From an uncultured Actinomycetota bacterium (GTDB taxonomy: Bacteria; Actinomycetota; Actinomycetes; Actinomycetales; Dermatophilaceae), in NCBI GenBank assembly GCA_963763315.1, contig CAVXOC010000003.1, positions 412,167-476,166 on the forward strand: a stretch of 64,000 bases of DNA, written 5' to 3'. Numbering within the stretch: position 1 is the stretch's first letter; each line of letters opens with the position of its first letter. Shown in pieces: positions 46,444 through 56,250 of this stretch. A program made the position numbers and the translations under genes. The notes below the pieces were generated by a model. The model saw only the letters and a list, made by a program, of their open reading frames with translations. It was not told the origin of the DNA and did no database searches.

Positions 46444-48106
46444 CCCGGATCCACGGGTGAAGTTGGTCGCTTTGCGAGTCGCGACACGCGAATGCCCTTC
46501 TGACCAGGGAGAATCGGGCTTACCACGGCACCGTTCACCCCCGCAGAAGGGCCATTCGCTGGATGCGAGTCTCTCACGATTACCCCGCCCTGTCCGCGAC
46601 TTTCGATGACCCGAACCTCGTGTCCTTCGCCGGCCTCGTCCCAGCGCTGGCATTGGCCGAACGCGCCGGCCTGTCCGAACTGGTCGAGCGGCACCTGTCC
46701 TTGCCCGGTGAGGGCGGCGCGAACCCACACCTGAAGGTCCCCGCCCTGATCGGCGGGATGCTCGCCGGGGCCGACTCGATCGATGACATGGACCTGCTGC
46801 GACACGGCGGGATGGACCGACTGTTCACCGGGGTCCGGGCGCCCTCGACGCTGGGCATCTTCCTGCGCACCTTCACCTTCGGCCACGTCCGCCAGCTCGA
46901 CGCGGTCGCTGCCCGGTTCCTGACCGCGCTGGCGGCCACCACGCCGCTCCTGCCCAGCGCCGAACAGGTCGTCTACGTCGATGTTGACGACACGATCAAG
47001 GCCACCCACGGCTACCAGGAGCAAGGCGCCGGCTACGGCTACACCGGGGTCAAGGGACTGAACGCGCTGATCGCCACCATCACCACCCCGACATCGGCCC
47101 CGGTGATCGCCGCGACCCGGCTGCGCAAGGGCAACACCAACTCGGCCCGCGGCGCGGCCCGGCTGGTCGCCGACGCGCTGGCCACCACCCGGGCCATCAC
47201 GAAGGACCGCGCCGGTGCCGGGCTGGTCCTCATGCGCGCCGATTCCGCCTACTTCGGGCACGACGTGATCGCCTCCGCACGCCGCGGCGGCGCCAGGTTC
47301 AGCGTCACCGCCCGAATGAACACCACCGTCCTCCAGGCGATCTCGAGCATCCCCGAGTCGGCGTGGACCCCGATCCGGTACCCGAACGCGATCTGGGACG
47401 AACAAGAACACCGGCTGGTCTCCGACGCGGAAGTGGCCGAGGTCCCGTTCACCGCGTTCACCTCCCGGAAGAAGGCCGACCACATCCACGGCCGACTGAT
47501 CGTGCGCCGCGTCGTACGGCTCAACCCGAAGAACATCCCAGCCGGCCAAGGTGAACTGTTCACCACCTACCGCCACCACGCCGTGTTCACCGACAGCCCG
47601 CTACCGATGCTGCAAGCCGAACAGACCCACCGCGAGCACGCGGTCATCGAACAGGTCCACGCCGACCTACGCGCCGGGCCCCTGGCTCACCTACCGTCAG
47701 GCTCGTTCGCCGCCAACGGCGCCTGGCTGGTCCTGGCCGCGATCGCGTTCAACCTGACCCGCGCCGTCGGCGCGACCGCGTCCCGGTTCCACGCCCGAGC
47801 CACCACCGCCAGCATCCGCCGGCACCTGATCGCAGTCCCCGCCCGACTGGCCCGCTCCGCCCGCAAGCTGACCCTGCACCTTCCCCAGCACTGGCCCTGG
47901 CACAGCTCATGGGAGGCGCTGTTCACCACCGCATGCGGGCCACCGCCGACCGCCACAACCTGACCACCCAGCCCCCGACCAAGGCGCGACCGGAGAACAC
48001 CAGTGGAAGAGCCGGACAGCACGGCCGATACGACACACCCCCAACCCGGACCCCCGATCACAAAACCCAGACCACGCCATCAGAATCGTTGGCCCGTGGA
48101 TCCGGG
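46444..48106 (+). mobile_element. IS1380-family insertion sequence (1663 bp), complete
   Basis: 14-bp perfect terminal IR: CCCGGATCCACGGG at 46444..46457, and its reverse complement at 48093..48106. A 5-bp direct repeat TTCAG sits at 46439..46443 and 48107..48111. Confidence 0.85.
46563..47963 (+). CDS. IS1380-family transposase
   Basis: 466 aa. ...FDDPNLVSFAGLVPALALAERAGL..., VDVDDTIKATHGYQEQGAGYGYTGVKGLNAL..., MRADSAYFGHDV..., EQTHREHAVIEQVHADL... are characteristic IS1380 blocks. Confidence 0.9.
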   Translation: MRVSHDYPALSATFDDPNLVSFAGLVPALALAERAGLSELVERHLSLPGEGGANPHLKVPALIGGMLAGADSIDDMDLLRHGGMDRLFTGVRAPSTLGIFLRTFTFGHVRQLDAVAARFLTALAATTPLLPSAEQVVYVDVDDTIKATHGYQEQGAGYGYTGVKGLNALIATITTPTSAPVIAATRLRKGNTNSARGAARLVADALATTRAITKDRAGAGLVLMRADSAYFGHDVIASARRGGARFSVTARMNTTVLQAISSIPESAWTPIRYPNAIWDEQEHRLVSDAEVAEVPFTAFTSRKKADHIHGRLIVRRVVRLNPKNIPAGQGELFTTYRHHAVFTDSPLPMLQAEQTHREHAVIEQVHADLRAGPLAHLPSGSFAANGAWLVLAAIAFNLTRAVGATASRFHARATTASIRRHLIAVPARLARSARKLTLHLPQHWPWHSSWEALFTTACGPPPTATT

Positions 48107-48252
48107 TTCAGGGATCGGCAAGGACGTGAGCCAAGTCACAAGGACGTCCTGAGGGCGTAGCCTGACCGCAGCGGCCCCCGCGCTCGACCCGAAGAGAGTG
48201 GGGGCCGCTCCACGTCTCGGATCGGTTCGGTGGCGCGTTGCAGCGGCTCGGC

Positions 48253-48429
48253 ATGGAGGTCCGCCGCGAGGTGGTCCGCGAGCTGACCGCCGCGGGAATG
48301 TCGACCCGAGCGATCGCCCCGGTCGTCGGGGCGAGTCATACGCACGTCCAGCGAGACCTTCGTGCAGGTGGAACCAATGTTCCACCTGCACCCGTGGATG
48401 TCCTCACCGAGGAGGTCGCCACCGGGTGA
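48253..48429 (+). CDS. Hypothetical small HTH protein
   Basis: MEVRREVVRELTAAGMSTRAIAPVVGASHTHVQRDL... is a classic short HTH, as found in resolvase/ParB/phage regulators. It is followed by two hairpins. A TTG at 48238 is an alternative start. Confidence 0.4.
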   Translation: MEVRREVVRELTAAGMSTRAIAPVVGASHTHVQRDLRAGGTNVPPAPVDVLTEEVATG

Positions 48430-48597
48430 AGGGGGAGCGGGCAGCATATGCAGGGGGGTGCTGCCGCCCGCTCGACCCCAAGGGCCCGACGATGGCTCTC
48501 AGTCGAACCAGAAACCGGACCAGGGGGGTTGGCACGGTTATCCGTTCAGTCGACCCCTCTCCGGAGGTCCTGTCAACCAAGGCGGCCCTAAACGGCG

Positions 48598-48631
48598 AAC
48601 CGCCCCCCACCGTTGCGGGTGGGGGGCGGTT
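48598..48631. terminator. Strong bidirectional GC hairpin between convergent small ORFs
   Basis: AACCGCCCCCCACC-gttgcg-GGTGGGGGGCGGTT: 14-bp perfect stem. Confidence 0.45.
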
Positions 48632-48656
48632 GTGGTGGGCGCGGTGCCACCATCAA

Positions 48657-48908
48657 TCATGTCGGGCTGGCGACATCCCACGGCAACGCCACACTTCGGG
48701 CACGCGCCTCTGCGAGGAGCTCGAAATTCCGGCTTAGCGATGGGTCCGACTCCAGGTGGCGGTCCGGGTCGTCTAGCGGGATCGCGGCGCGCCTAACGAC
48801 GCCCTCGTATGTCTTGCGCTCAGCGACCAGGGCGATGAGGAGATCCTCGTCTGTCAACCCTGCGCGAGCGGAGATCAGCGCTGAGAACACCCGCGCGATC
48901 CGCGGCAA
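48657..48908 (-). CDS. Hypothetical protein (83 aa)
   Basis: ORF co-oriented with and downstream of the opine-dehydrogenase-family gene. GC3 is moderate. I recognise no family. Confidence 0.3.
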   Translation of the reverse strand: MPRIARVFSALISARAGLTDEDLLIALVAERKTYEGVVRRAAIPLDDPDRHLESDPSLSRNFELLAEARARSVALPWDVASPT

Positions 48909-49104
48909 GTGAGCGGAAGGCTATTAGAACCGTGGAGCGCTCGGTCTTTCGGCTCGTGGTCGGGCGCCGTTCCTGGGGGGCGCTGGGACCGATGCATGAC
49001 CAGACTGACCAGCCTGCCTGGCAGCAGGCACCTTCTCTCTGAGCGATTACCGGCCGTTGGAGGATGCGTGGACAAAGACGCGCCCAGCAGAACGCATCCG
49101 TCGG

Positions 49105-50181
49105 TTAGAGGGCGGCAAGCTCCCTGGCGCTCATGCTGTCGAGGCCGAGGGTCGCCAGGGTGCGGCTCCCCTCGGCGCGGAAGTCCCGAGCCAGGACGAC
49201 CGACGCCATGGTGATGAGCGCCTCCATGGTCGGAGTCTCGACGCCGACTCGTCGGGCCAGGTCAGTCAGGAAGACCAGGGAGTAGCCGACGTCCTCGGTC
49301 AGGTAGCGGTTGTCGAGCTGGTTCTGAGCACCGATCCCGAGGAAACCTGGGGCGGTGGAGTAGCCGGTCGAGTAGTTGGCCTCACGCATGTATCCCTGCA
49401 AGACCCCGAGGTCGGGTTCGGACAGCACTCGCACCCCGAGCGCGTCGGCGAGGGCCAGCCGCTCGCGATCGACCGCCTCGATCGCCCTGCCGACGGCCTC
49501 GGTGATCCCGTCCTCGTAGAACAGGAACGCGCCGGCGGTTCGCTCGATGAGACCGGCGTTGAGAAGGGTCACAGCCGGGTGGATCACCGGGTTGCCGTTC
49601 TGCAAGGTGGTCTGGAAGACGCTTTCGGCGGCCTCCGCACCGGGGTAGACGTCCTGGATCATCGACAGCAACCGGTCGGTGCCCGAACGCGGGAGGCCCG
49701 CGACGAACACACCGCCGCCCAGCTTGTGGAAGACGTTGATCCGTCCCGGCGCGACGATGCGAACGGCGTACGGCAGCGTGCTGGACTCGCCCACCGTGAT
49801 CGTCTCGTCATCCAGCGCCAGGCCCGCGGTGCGCTTGAACGTGATCGCACCCGCGCACGAGGCCGGGCAGACCAACACCGCCTGCCCAGGCACGAGGTGC
49901 GGCGCGACGACGCTGGTCTGGTGCTCCGTGCTGTACGCCGGACCGACGAGCACGACCAGCTCGGCCCCGTCGAGAGCGGTCTCGACGTCGTGACCCGAGT
50001 AGACGATCTCGGCGTATCCCTCGATCGCACCAGTGGCGTGGATTCCGCCGACGGCCGCGACCTCTGCCACGTGGTCGGGAAAATGGCGGGTGTCGAAGAG
50101 TCGCACGGTGTGCCCGTGGAGCGCGAAGTCGAAAGCCGTCGCGAGACCCCCGTTGCCAGAGCCGATGACGGTGACGTTCAT
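49105..50181 (-). CDS. NAD(P)-dependent octopine/nopaline (opine) dehydrogenase family protein
   Basis: MNVTVIGSGNGGLATAFDFALHGHTVRLFD (Rossmann GxGxxG). ...STLPYAVRIV.PG.INV..., ...NGNPVIHPAVTLLNAGLIE..., ...RYLTEDVGYSLVFL. are typical ODH family blocks. Confidence 0.8.
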   Translation of the reverse strand: MNVTVIGSGNGGLATAFDFALHGHTVRLFDTRHFPDHVAEVAAVGGIHATGAIEGYAEIVYSGHDVETALDGAELVVLVGPAYSTEHQTSVVAPHLVPGQAVLVCPASCAGAITFKRTAGLALDDETITVGESSTLPYAVRIVAPGRINVFHKLGGGVFVAGLPRSGTDRLLSMIQDVYPGAEAAESVFQTTLQNGNPVIHPAVTLLNAGLIERTAGAFLFYEDGITEAVGRAIEAVDRERLALADALGVRVLSEPDLGVLQGYMREANYSTGYSTAPGFLGIGAQNQLDNRYLTEDVGYSLVFLTDLARRVGVETPTMEALITMASVVLARDFRAEGSRTLATLGLDSMSARELAAL

Positions 50182-50605
50182 GTGGACACCGTAGCCCGCG
50201 TGCTCGCCGCACCGGCGGACTCCCGTTCAGGCGATCGACACCAGCGCGACGCCGGCCAGGGCGGCCCACCCCTCGATGCGCCGTATCCCGGGGCCGTCGC
50301 TGCCATCGACCATGCGCAGCGCTCAGAGAACGCGCTCACGTTGACTGGACCGGACGTCACGCTCACCTTCGCCAACGCTGCGTGACGCGGGCACACTGTC
50401 CCGCAGCGACTACCTCTTCGGCACGACCGCGCGGAGCGGGCGAAGCGTACGGCCCCTGACCAGGCTCTGCACTCAGCCCCGATCGCTCTTTCGTGCCCAC
50501 TCTGCTAGGGCTCGAGGACCGCCCAACGCGGTATGGCGCGGTCGGTGGGCGCCGACGCGGGCCGCTGGGCGCGAAGATGTCCCGCGATCTGAGCTGCCTC
50601 TCGCG

Positions 50606-52019
50606 ATGCTCCGACGGCCTCGTGCGAACTTCCGCGACTTTGACGGCGTAAGACGAGAGATCGAGGCCCTCGGTCGCACGAAGTCCGCTGCCGAGGCGAA
50701 CCTGATCCGGCGCATGAGGGCCAGGGCGGCGGTGCGGCACGGTGGCTGGCTCACGGCGTCCGATCGGTTCTCAGTCGCAGCGGATCTCTGGATGGAACGC
50801 CTGCGCGGCATGGTCTCCGAGGGCCGTCGATCGCCGGGGACGCTCGACACCTACCAACGGCTGCTCGACACGCATGTCCTTCCGGCGCTCGCCGAGGTGC
50901 GCCTCGGCGAGTTCTCCATCCCGATCGTCGACAGGGTCATCCGCTCGATCATGACCGAGGTCAGTCCCGCGACGGCCAGGTCGTGCCGGTCGGTCATCTC
51001 CGGTGTCCTAGGCCTGGCCGCCCGCCACGGCGCCATCCCCGCGAACCCGGTGCGGGACATCGAACGGATCGGGGGCCAACCCAAGCGCCGGCCGAGGGCG
51101 CTCACTGACGAGGAGCGGCAGGCCTGGTTCGCCATGCTGCAGGAAGACCCTAGGGCGGTCGCGGCCGATCTTCCCGACTTGACGCTGTTCATGGTCAGCA
51201 CCGGCGCGAGGATCGGCGAGACACTCGGCCTCACCTGGGAGGATGTCCGACTCGACGACGCCGAGATCGACATCACCCACCAAGTCGTGCGGGTCAAGGG
51301 CGAGGGTCTCATCCGGACCAAGACCAAGTCTGTCGCGGGGGAGCGAACCTTGGGCCTCCCACCTGTTGCCCTCTCGATGATGCGTCGTCGCTTCTCCCAA
51401 GGCATCCGCCTGCACGAGCCGGTCTTCTGCGACCCGCTCGGCGGCTTCCGTGACCCCACCAACGTCCGTCGTGACCTGCGAAGCGCCCGGTCGCCCGTCG
51501 GCAGCGCGGCGAGGCAGGCGCTCGGCCAGGCCCTCGCCAGTGTCCGTCGTCAGGCGGGGCTGTCCCAACGCACGGCGTCGCCGCAGCTCGGGATACCCAA
51601 GACGCGGCTCGAGCTCCTCGAGGCTGGTCGCGTTCAGGCGGATCGGTCCGAGGTGGTCACGATGCTGGGGACGTACAACGCGGGAAGGGACGCGCAGGAG
51701 GAGATCCTCGCCCTCTTCGACGACGCGCAGTTGCCAAGCGACCGCGACGCCCTGTCATGGGTCACCTCGCATAGCTTCCGTAAGACGACGGCGACGATCC
51801 TTGACGACGCCGGGCAGTCCGCGCGCCAGATTGCCGACCAGCTGGGGCACGCCCGCCCGTCGATGACCCAAGACGTCTACATGGGCCGCCAGACGAGGAA
51901 TCCGAAGGCCGCCGCCGCGCTGGAGAACGCCCTCGGCTACCCGCTCGAAGGGCGAAGTACGGGTGAAAGTACGGGTTCCCAGGCCGATACGGAGGAGGGT
52001 GAAGCGCCTGATCTGCAGT

Positions 52020-52021
<2 letters not shown>
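50606..52021 (+). CDS. Tyrosine-type site-specific integrase with an internal XRE-HTH-like insertion
   Basis: STGARIGETLGLTWEDV (Arg I), KTKSVAGERTLGLP (Lys), SHSFRKTTAT (HxxR), LGHARPSMTQDVYMGR (His/Tyr). About 75 extra residues sit between the Lys box and HxxR. The stop codon abuts the tRNA-Lys 3' end. Confidence 0.9.
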
Positions 52022-52097
<76 letters not shown>

Positions 52098-52138
52098 GCG
52101 ACCGGAGACGTTAGCAGGTCCGGCCGGGTGTCGTGAAA

Positions 52139-52795
52139 TCAGGCGTCAGGTCCTCGTCGGCGGCGCAGTAGCACCCACAGAACCCCGCCGAGCAGGATGA
52201 GGACGACCACCGCCGCCACGACCCACGCCCAGAGCGACCCCCCGGTGTCCGAGGTGGTCGTAGCGGCCCCGTTGCCGGTGGCCAGCGGAGTGGACGACGC
52301 GACGGCAGGCCCCAGGGGGCTGGCTGTCGGGGCTGCCGAGGCAGCCGTGTTCGGGGCGGTGGCGGTGCTGGGTGCCGACCCCGCGACGGTGAAGGTGGAC
52401 CTCCCCGAGATGGGGTGGCCGTCCGTGCTGACGACCTTGTAGGTGAGCGTGTATGTGCCGTTCGACAGCCCTGCCCGCAGGGGGAGCGAGACGACGGGCC
52501 CGGCGACCTGTGTGGACCCGTCTGCCACCGAGGACCCGGTTGCGTCGACGACCTTGATGACGGAGAAGGCCGCGTTGACGTCCTCGTTGAAGGTGAGGAC
52601 GACCCGGGTCGGCGGCGTCGACATGGTCGCCTTGTCCTTCGGCGACATCGACACGAGAACCGAATGAGCGGCCGCCGCCCCCCCGGTCCACGTCAAGGCG
52701 GCGACCGCGAGGAGGGTGGTGAGGACACCAGTGAGGAGGGTGGTGAGGACACCAGTCAGGAGGCGGGTGGGGGCAGGGCTGGTGGTGCGTGTCAC
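52139..52795 (-). CDS. copC: CopC-domain copper-resistance protein with a C-terminal low-complexity linker and TM anchor
   Basis: AHSVLVSMSPKDKATMSTPPTRVVLTFNEDVNAAFSVIKVVD...GTYTLTYKVVSTDGHPISG is the CopC fold signature. The GTG start at 52795 is inferred. The signal/TM region carries a perfect 24-bp duplication. Confidence 0.75.
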   Translation of the reverse strand: MTRTTSPAPTRLLTGVLTTLLTGVLTTLLAVAALTWTGGAAAAHSVLVSMSPKDKATMSTPPTRVVLTFNEDVNAAFSVIKVVDATGSSVADGSTQVAGPVVSLPLRAGLSNGTYTLTYKVVSTDGHPISGRSTFTVAGSAPSTATAPNTAASAAPTASPLGPAVASSTPLATGNGAATTTSDTGGSLWAWVVAAVVVLILLGGVLWVLLRRRRGPDA

Positions 52796-52915
52796 CCGGC
52801 CAGTCTTCCCGGTGGTGGGGGCAGTGGTCACATCGCCCCCTGCCCACGGGACTGCGCGGACAGCGGGCCACCCCGCAGGAAGGCCCCCGACCCGGCGCGG
52901 GTCGGGGGCCCCGAC

Positions 52916-52992
52916 TGGGGTGAGTGACGGGATTTGAACCCGCGACCACCTGGACCACAACCAGGTGCTCTACCAGCTGAGCTACACCCACC
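52916..52992 (-). tRNA. tRNA-His (anticodon GTG), with G-1 and encoded CCA
   Basis: The reverse complement is G-GTGGGTGTAGCTCAGCTGGTAGAGCACCTGGTTGTGGTCCAGGTGGTCGCGGGTTCAAATCCCGTCACTCACCCCA. The anticodon arm is CCTGG-TTGTGGT-CCAGG. Confidence 0.9.
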
Positions 52993-53103
52993 ATGGTGAG
53001 CGGGCGGCATACCGGGACATGACCGGGCCCGGCCTCGCGGCGGGCGCCCGGGCATCCCGCCCGCGCACAGCGGCGCCTATCGTACCTGTTTCTCGGCCGT
53101 ACC

Positions 53104-53877
53104 TCAGACCACGCTCGCGCCGCCGTCGCCCGGGGCGTCGAGGGGATGGTCCTCGGGAGCGTCGGTGGGGCGGACCCCGGTGTCATCGGTGGTGCCTCCG
53201 GCGCCGGTGGCCGCCAGGTCGGCGGCCTGCAGAGCCTCATGGTCGACGACGTAGCGGGCGGCGATCGTCCTCAGGTCCTCCGAGCTCGGCCCGGGCGGGG
53301 GGACGAAGACGGCCTCCCGGTAGTAACGCAGCTCGGCGATCGACTCGCGGATGTCGGCGAGGGCGCGATGGCCGCCGGACTTGGCCGGTGCGCTGAAGTA
53401 GGCACGCGGGTACCACCGCCGGGACAGCTCCTTGACCGAGGACACGTCGATGACCCGGTAGTGCAGGTGCGACTCGAGCGCGGGCATGTCCCGGGCGAGG
53501 AACCCACGATCGGTACCGACCGTGTTGCCGCCGAGCGGCGCCCGCCGCGGCTCGGGCACCCAGGCCCGGACGTAGTCGAGGACCCTGGCCTCGGCCTGCG
53601 CCATCGTCATCCCGCCCTCGAGCTCGTCCAGCAGCCCCGACTTCGTGTGCATCTCGCGGACGAAGTCACCCATCTGCTCCAGTGCCTCCGCCGGTGGGCA
53701 GATGATGACGTCCACCCCGTCGCCGAGCTGGTTGAGGTCGAAGTCGGTGACGAGCGCCGCGACCTCGATCAGGGCATCCGTGCTGAGCGAGAGACCGGTC
53801 ATCTCGCAGTCGATCCAGACGATGCGGTCGGCGTGGGCCCGGTCGCTGCTGGGCTGCTCGGGGGGGTGCGACGACAT
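53104..53877 (-). CDS. orn: Oligoribonuclease
   Basis: From ATG 53877: [27 protein letters not shown]..., [52 protein letters not shown] are DEDDh exonuclease motifs. It has an extended acidic C-terminal tail. Confidence 0.9.
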   Translation of the reverse strand: MSSHPPEQPSSDRAHADRIVWIDCEMTGLSLSTDALIEVAALVTDFDLNQLGDGVDVIICPPAEALEQMGDFVREMHTKSGLLDELEGGMTMAQAEARVLDYVRAWVPEPRRAPLGGNTVGTDRGFLARDMPALESHLHYRVIDVSSVKELSRRWYPRAYFSAPAKSGGHRALADIRESIAELRYYREAVFVPPPGPSSEDLRTIAARYVVDHEALQAADLAATGAGGTTDDTGVRPTDAPEDHPLDAPGDGGASVV

Positions 53878-53990
53878 GCGCCCCACTGTAGGGCGTTGCC
53901 GCGACGGCCCCCGCGAGAGAACCCTCACAGCCCGGAGCACCCCCCGGCAGCCGGGCGCGCCGCCGTCGGCCTGGACTAAGGTCACCTGCC

Positions 53991-55253
53991 ATGAGCGGGC
54001 AGCAGCCGGGGGGCGGGTATGCCGGTCCGCCGCCGGACCCGCCGTCGGGTCCGCGGCCCGGCTCGTCCGGCCGCGGCGCCCCGGGAGGCGGCTCCGGGCA
54101 GACCGGTTCCGTGCCCATCGCCGGCCGGGACGCCCGCCGCCCGAGCGCCCGTCCCGCCCTGCGCACCTGGATCGTCCTCGGCATCGCCGTCGTGGGCTTC
54201 TCCCTCGCGGCCCTCGTCGTCGCCGTCTACTTCGGCGCCGCCCTGGGGGTGCAGACGGCGCTGCTGGCCGTGCTGCTGGCAGCCCTGCCGCTCGGCGTCG
54301 TCATCCCGACGTTCCTGTGGCTCGACCGTTTCGAGTCCGAGCCGACCCGCTACCTCGTCATCGCGTTCCTGTGGGGGGCGCTGGTCGCGTCGACCCTGGC
54401 GGCGGTCTTCAACACCGGCGCCGTCGCGGTGTTCCGCAGCTCGACTGACCCGAGGGCCGCGCTCGCCGCGGCGGCCCTGTTCGTGGCGCCCGTCGTCGAG
54501 GAGGCCCTCAAGGCGGTGCCCATCCTCGCCGTGTGGCTCGCGCTGCGCCGGGAGTTCGACGGCGTGACCGACGGGATGGTGTACGCCGGGATGTCGGCCG
54601 CCGGGTTCGCCTTCACCGAGAACATCCAGTACCTCGGGATGGCGTACGCCCACGGCGGCGGCGACGCCCTCGGAGCGACGTTCGTCTCGCGCGGGCTGAT
54701 GTCCCCGTTCGCGCATCCGATGTTCACCGTCCTCACCGGGATCGGCATCGGCATCGCCGCCACCTCGCGCTCGGCGTTCGCCAAGGGTGCCGCGCCGGCC
54801 GCCGGATACCTCCTGGCCGTCCTGGCGCACTCGATGTGGAACCTCGCCGCCATCACCGGCGGCTCCGGGCTCGTCTCCGTCTACCTGCTCGTCGAAGTGC
54901 CGATCTTCCTCTGCTTCATCGGCCTCATCGTGTGGGCGCGGCGCCATGAGGGGGTGCTCATCGGCCGGTTCCTGCGTCCCTACGCCGACGCCGGGTGGCT
55001 CTCGCCCGGCGAGGTCACCATGCTCGGGTCGATGGCCCAGCGCCGCGAGGCCCGGATGTGGGCGCGGGCCAACACCGGCCGCGCCGGCCTGAGCGCCATG
55101 CGGGAGTTCCAGGACACGGCGAGCGAGCTCGCCCTCCTGCGCCGCCGGATGTCGCACTCGGCCGCAGACGTCCACGCCCTGGCCGAGGAGCGGGAGCTGC
55201 TCGGCGCCCTCGTCGAGCGGCGCCGTGCCTTCCTCGGGATGCCGGTCGTCTGA
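53991..55253 (+). CDS. PrsW-family intramembrane metalloprotease
   Basis: FLWGALVAS..., [13 protein letters not shown] (EExxK), [25 protein letters not shown] are the PrsW motifs. Confidence 0.85.
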   Translation: MSGQQPGGGYAGPPPDPPSGPRPGSSGRGAPGGGSGQTGSVPIAGRDARRPSARPALRTWIVLGIAVVGFSLAALVVAVYFGAALGVQTALLAVLLAALPLGVVIPTFLWLDRFESEPTRYLVIAFLWGALVASTLAAVFNTGAVAVFRSSTDPRAALAAAALFVAPVVEEALKAVPILAVWLALRREFDGVTDGMVYAGMSAAGFAFTENIQYLGMAYAHGGGDALGATFVSRGLMSPFAHPMFTVLTGIGIGIAATSRSAFAKGAAPAAGYLLAVLAHSMWNLAAITGGSGLVSVYLLVEVPIFLCFIGLIVWARRHEGVLIGRFLRPYADAGWLSPGEVTMLGSMAQRREARMWARANTGRAGLSAMREFQDTASELALLRRRMSHSAADVHALAEERELLGALVERRRAFLGMPVV

Positions 55254-55598
55254 GCGGCACCCGCAAGCCGGCAGCGCGGGGGAGTGCGGATCCGACCCGG
55301 CCCGTGGTGGCCCTCCGCGGCGGCGTGGACGCCCCTGGGATGCCGAGGAGGCCCAGGCGGCATACGCCTCCCGGTGACCCGGGGCGATGAACGCCGACTG
55401 CCAGGGGATGGCCGCCGACGTGGAGAGCCTTCATGGAGACCGTTGACCGTCGACGACGCTGCGGAGCCGGCGCTCGCCCGGGCGACCGTGGCGCACCCAG
55501 GAGGGCGGAGCGGTGGCTGGACATGGCCCGGGTCCGGTCCTTCTCGCGCTCACTACACTGGCCCCGGCGTCGTCCCGGTCCACCTGAGTCGATGCACT

Positions 55599-55672
55599 GC
55601 CCCCGTAGCTCAGCTGGATAGAGCAAGAGCCTTCTAATCTCTAGGTCGCAGGTTCGAGTCCTGCCGGGGGCG
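55599..55672 (+). tRNA. tRNA-Arg (anticodon TCT), CCA not encoded
   Basis: GCCCCCGTAGCTCAGCTGGATAGAGCAAGAGCCTTCTAATCTCTAGGTCGCAGGTTCGAGTCCTGCCGGGGGCG. It has a 7-bp acceptor stem and anticodon loop CTTCTAA. There is one non-Watson-Crick pair at the base of the anticodon stem. Confidence 0.85.
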
Positions 55673-55685
55673 CCGGCCACGGCCG

Positions 55686-55867
55686 CCGGGGCGCAGTGTC
55701 CCGAGTGAGTGGCTGTCATGGCGACCGGTTCCTCGGACGCAGCTGGGGGCCGGGGCGCAGTGTCCGAGTGAGTGGCTGTCATGGCGACCGGTTGCTCGGA
55801 CGCAGCTGGGGGCCGGGGCGCAGTGTCCGAGTGAGTGGCTGTCATGGCGACCGGTTGCTCGGACGCA
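55686..55867. repeat. Tandem repeat, 63/64-bp unit, about 2.9 copies
   Basis: Units start at 55686 (64 bp, 1 insertion and 1 substitution), 55750 (63 bp) and 55813 (first 55 nt identical to unit 2). The unit is ccggggcgcagtgtccgagtgagtggctgtcatggcgaccggttgctcggacgcagctggggg. Confidence 0.9.
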
Positions 55868-56250
55868 ACAGGCACACCGGGGTGGAGGGCACGGCGGGGG
55901 ACTCCTGCCGGCCGGACAGCGCTGACGACGGGAAGCGGTGGGTCGTAACGAAGATGTGACCTGACCGTGCCCGACGTCACACTCAAAGCTGACCCGCATA
56001 GGGGGCAATCCATCTACCGTCGGGTACGCGTCGGCGGCCTGAGGGGGCCCCGGCGCAAAGGCCCTCATCCACTGCAGGGGATGGGGGCCGCTTCACGGTG
56101 ACGGCCGGGGCAGCCCCGTCCCGTCGTCCTCGGGCACCCTCCGGGCGCTCGACGAGATGCGGCGAGATGAGCCGCGCCGCGGTCTCGGGGCCGTTGCTGC
56201 CGGTAGGTGCCCCGCTTCCAGGATCAGGCCTGCGGGCTCGCTCGCAGGGC

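Noticed and set aside
55686-55867. Possible CRISPR array.
   Set aside because: The units are directly abutting with no unique spacers. The unit length (63/64 bp) is atypical and there are no cas genes in the window.
55015-56013. Minus-strand ORF starting MDCPLCGSAL... that contains 21-aa repeats (EQPVAMTATHSDTAPRPPAAS) encoded by the tandem array.
   Set aside because: It runs antisense straight through tRNA-Arg and into the prsW 3' end. It changes repeat frame in the 64-bp unit and has no recognisable domain. The repeat is better treated as non-coding.
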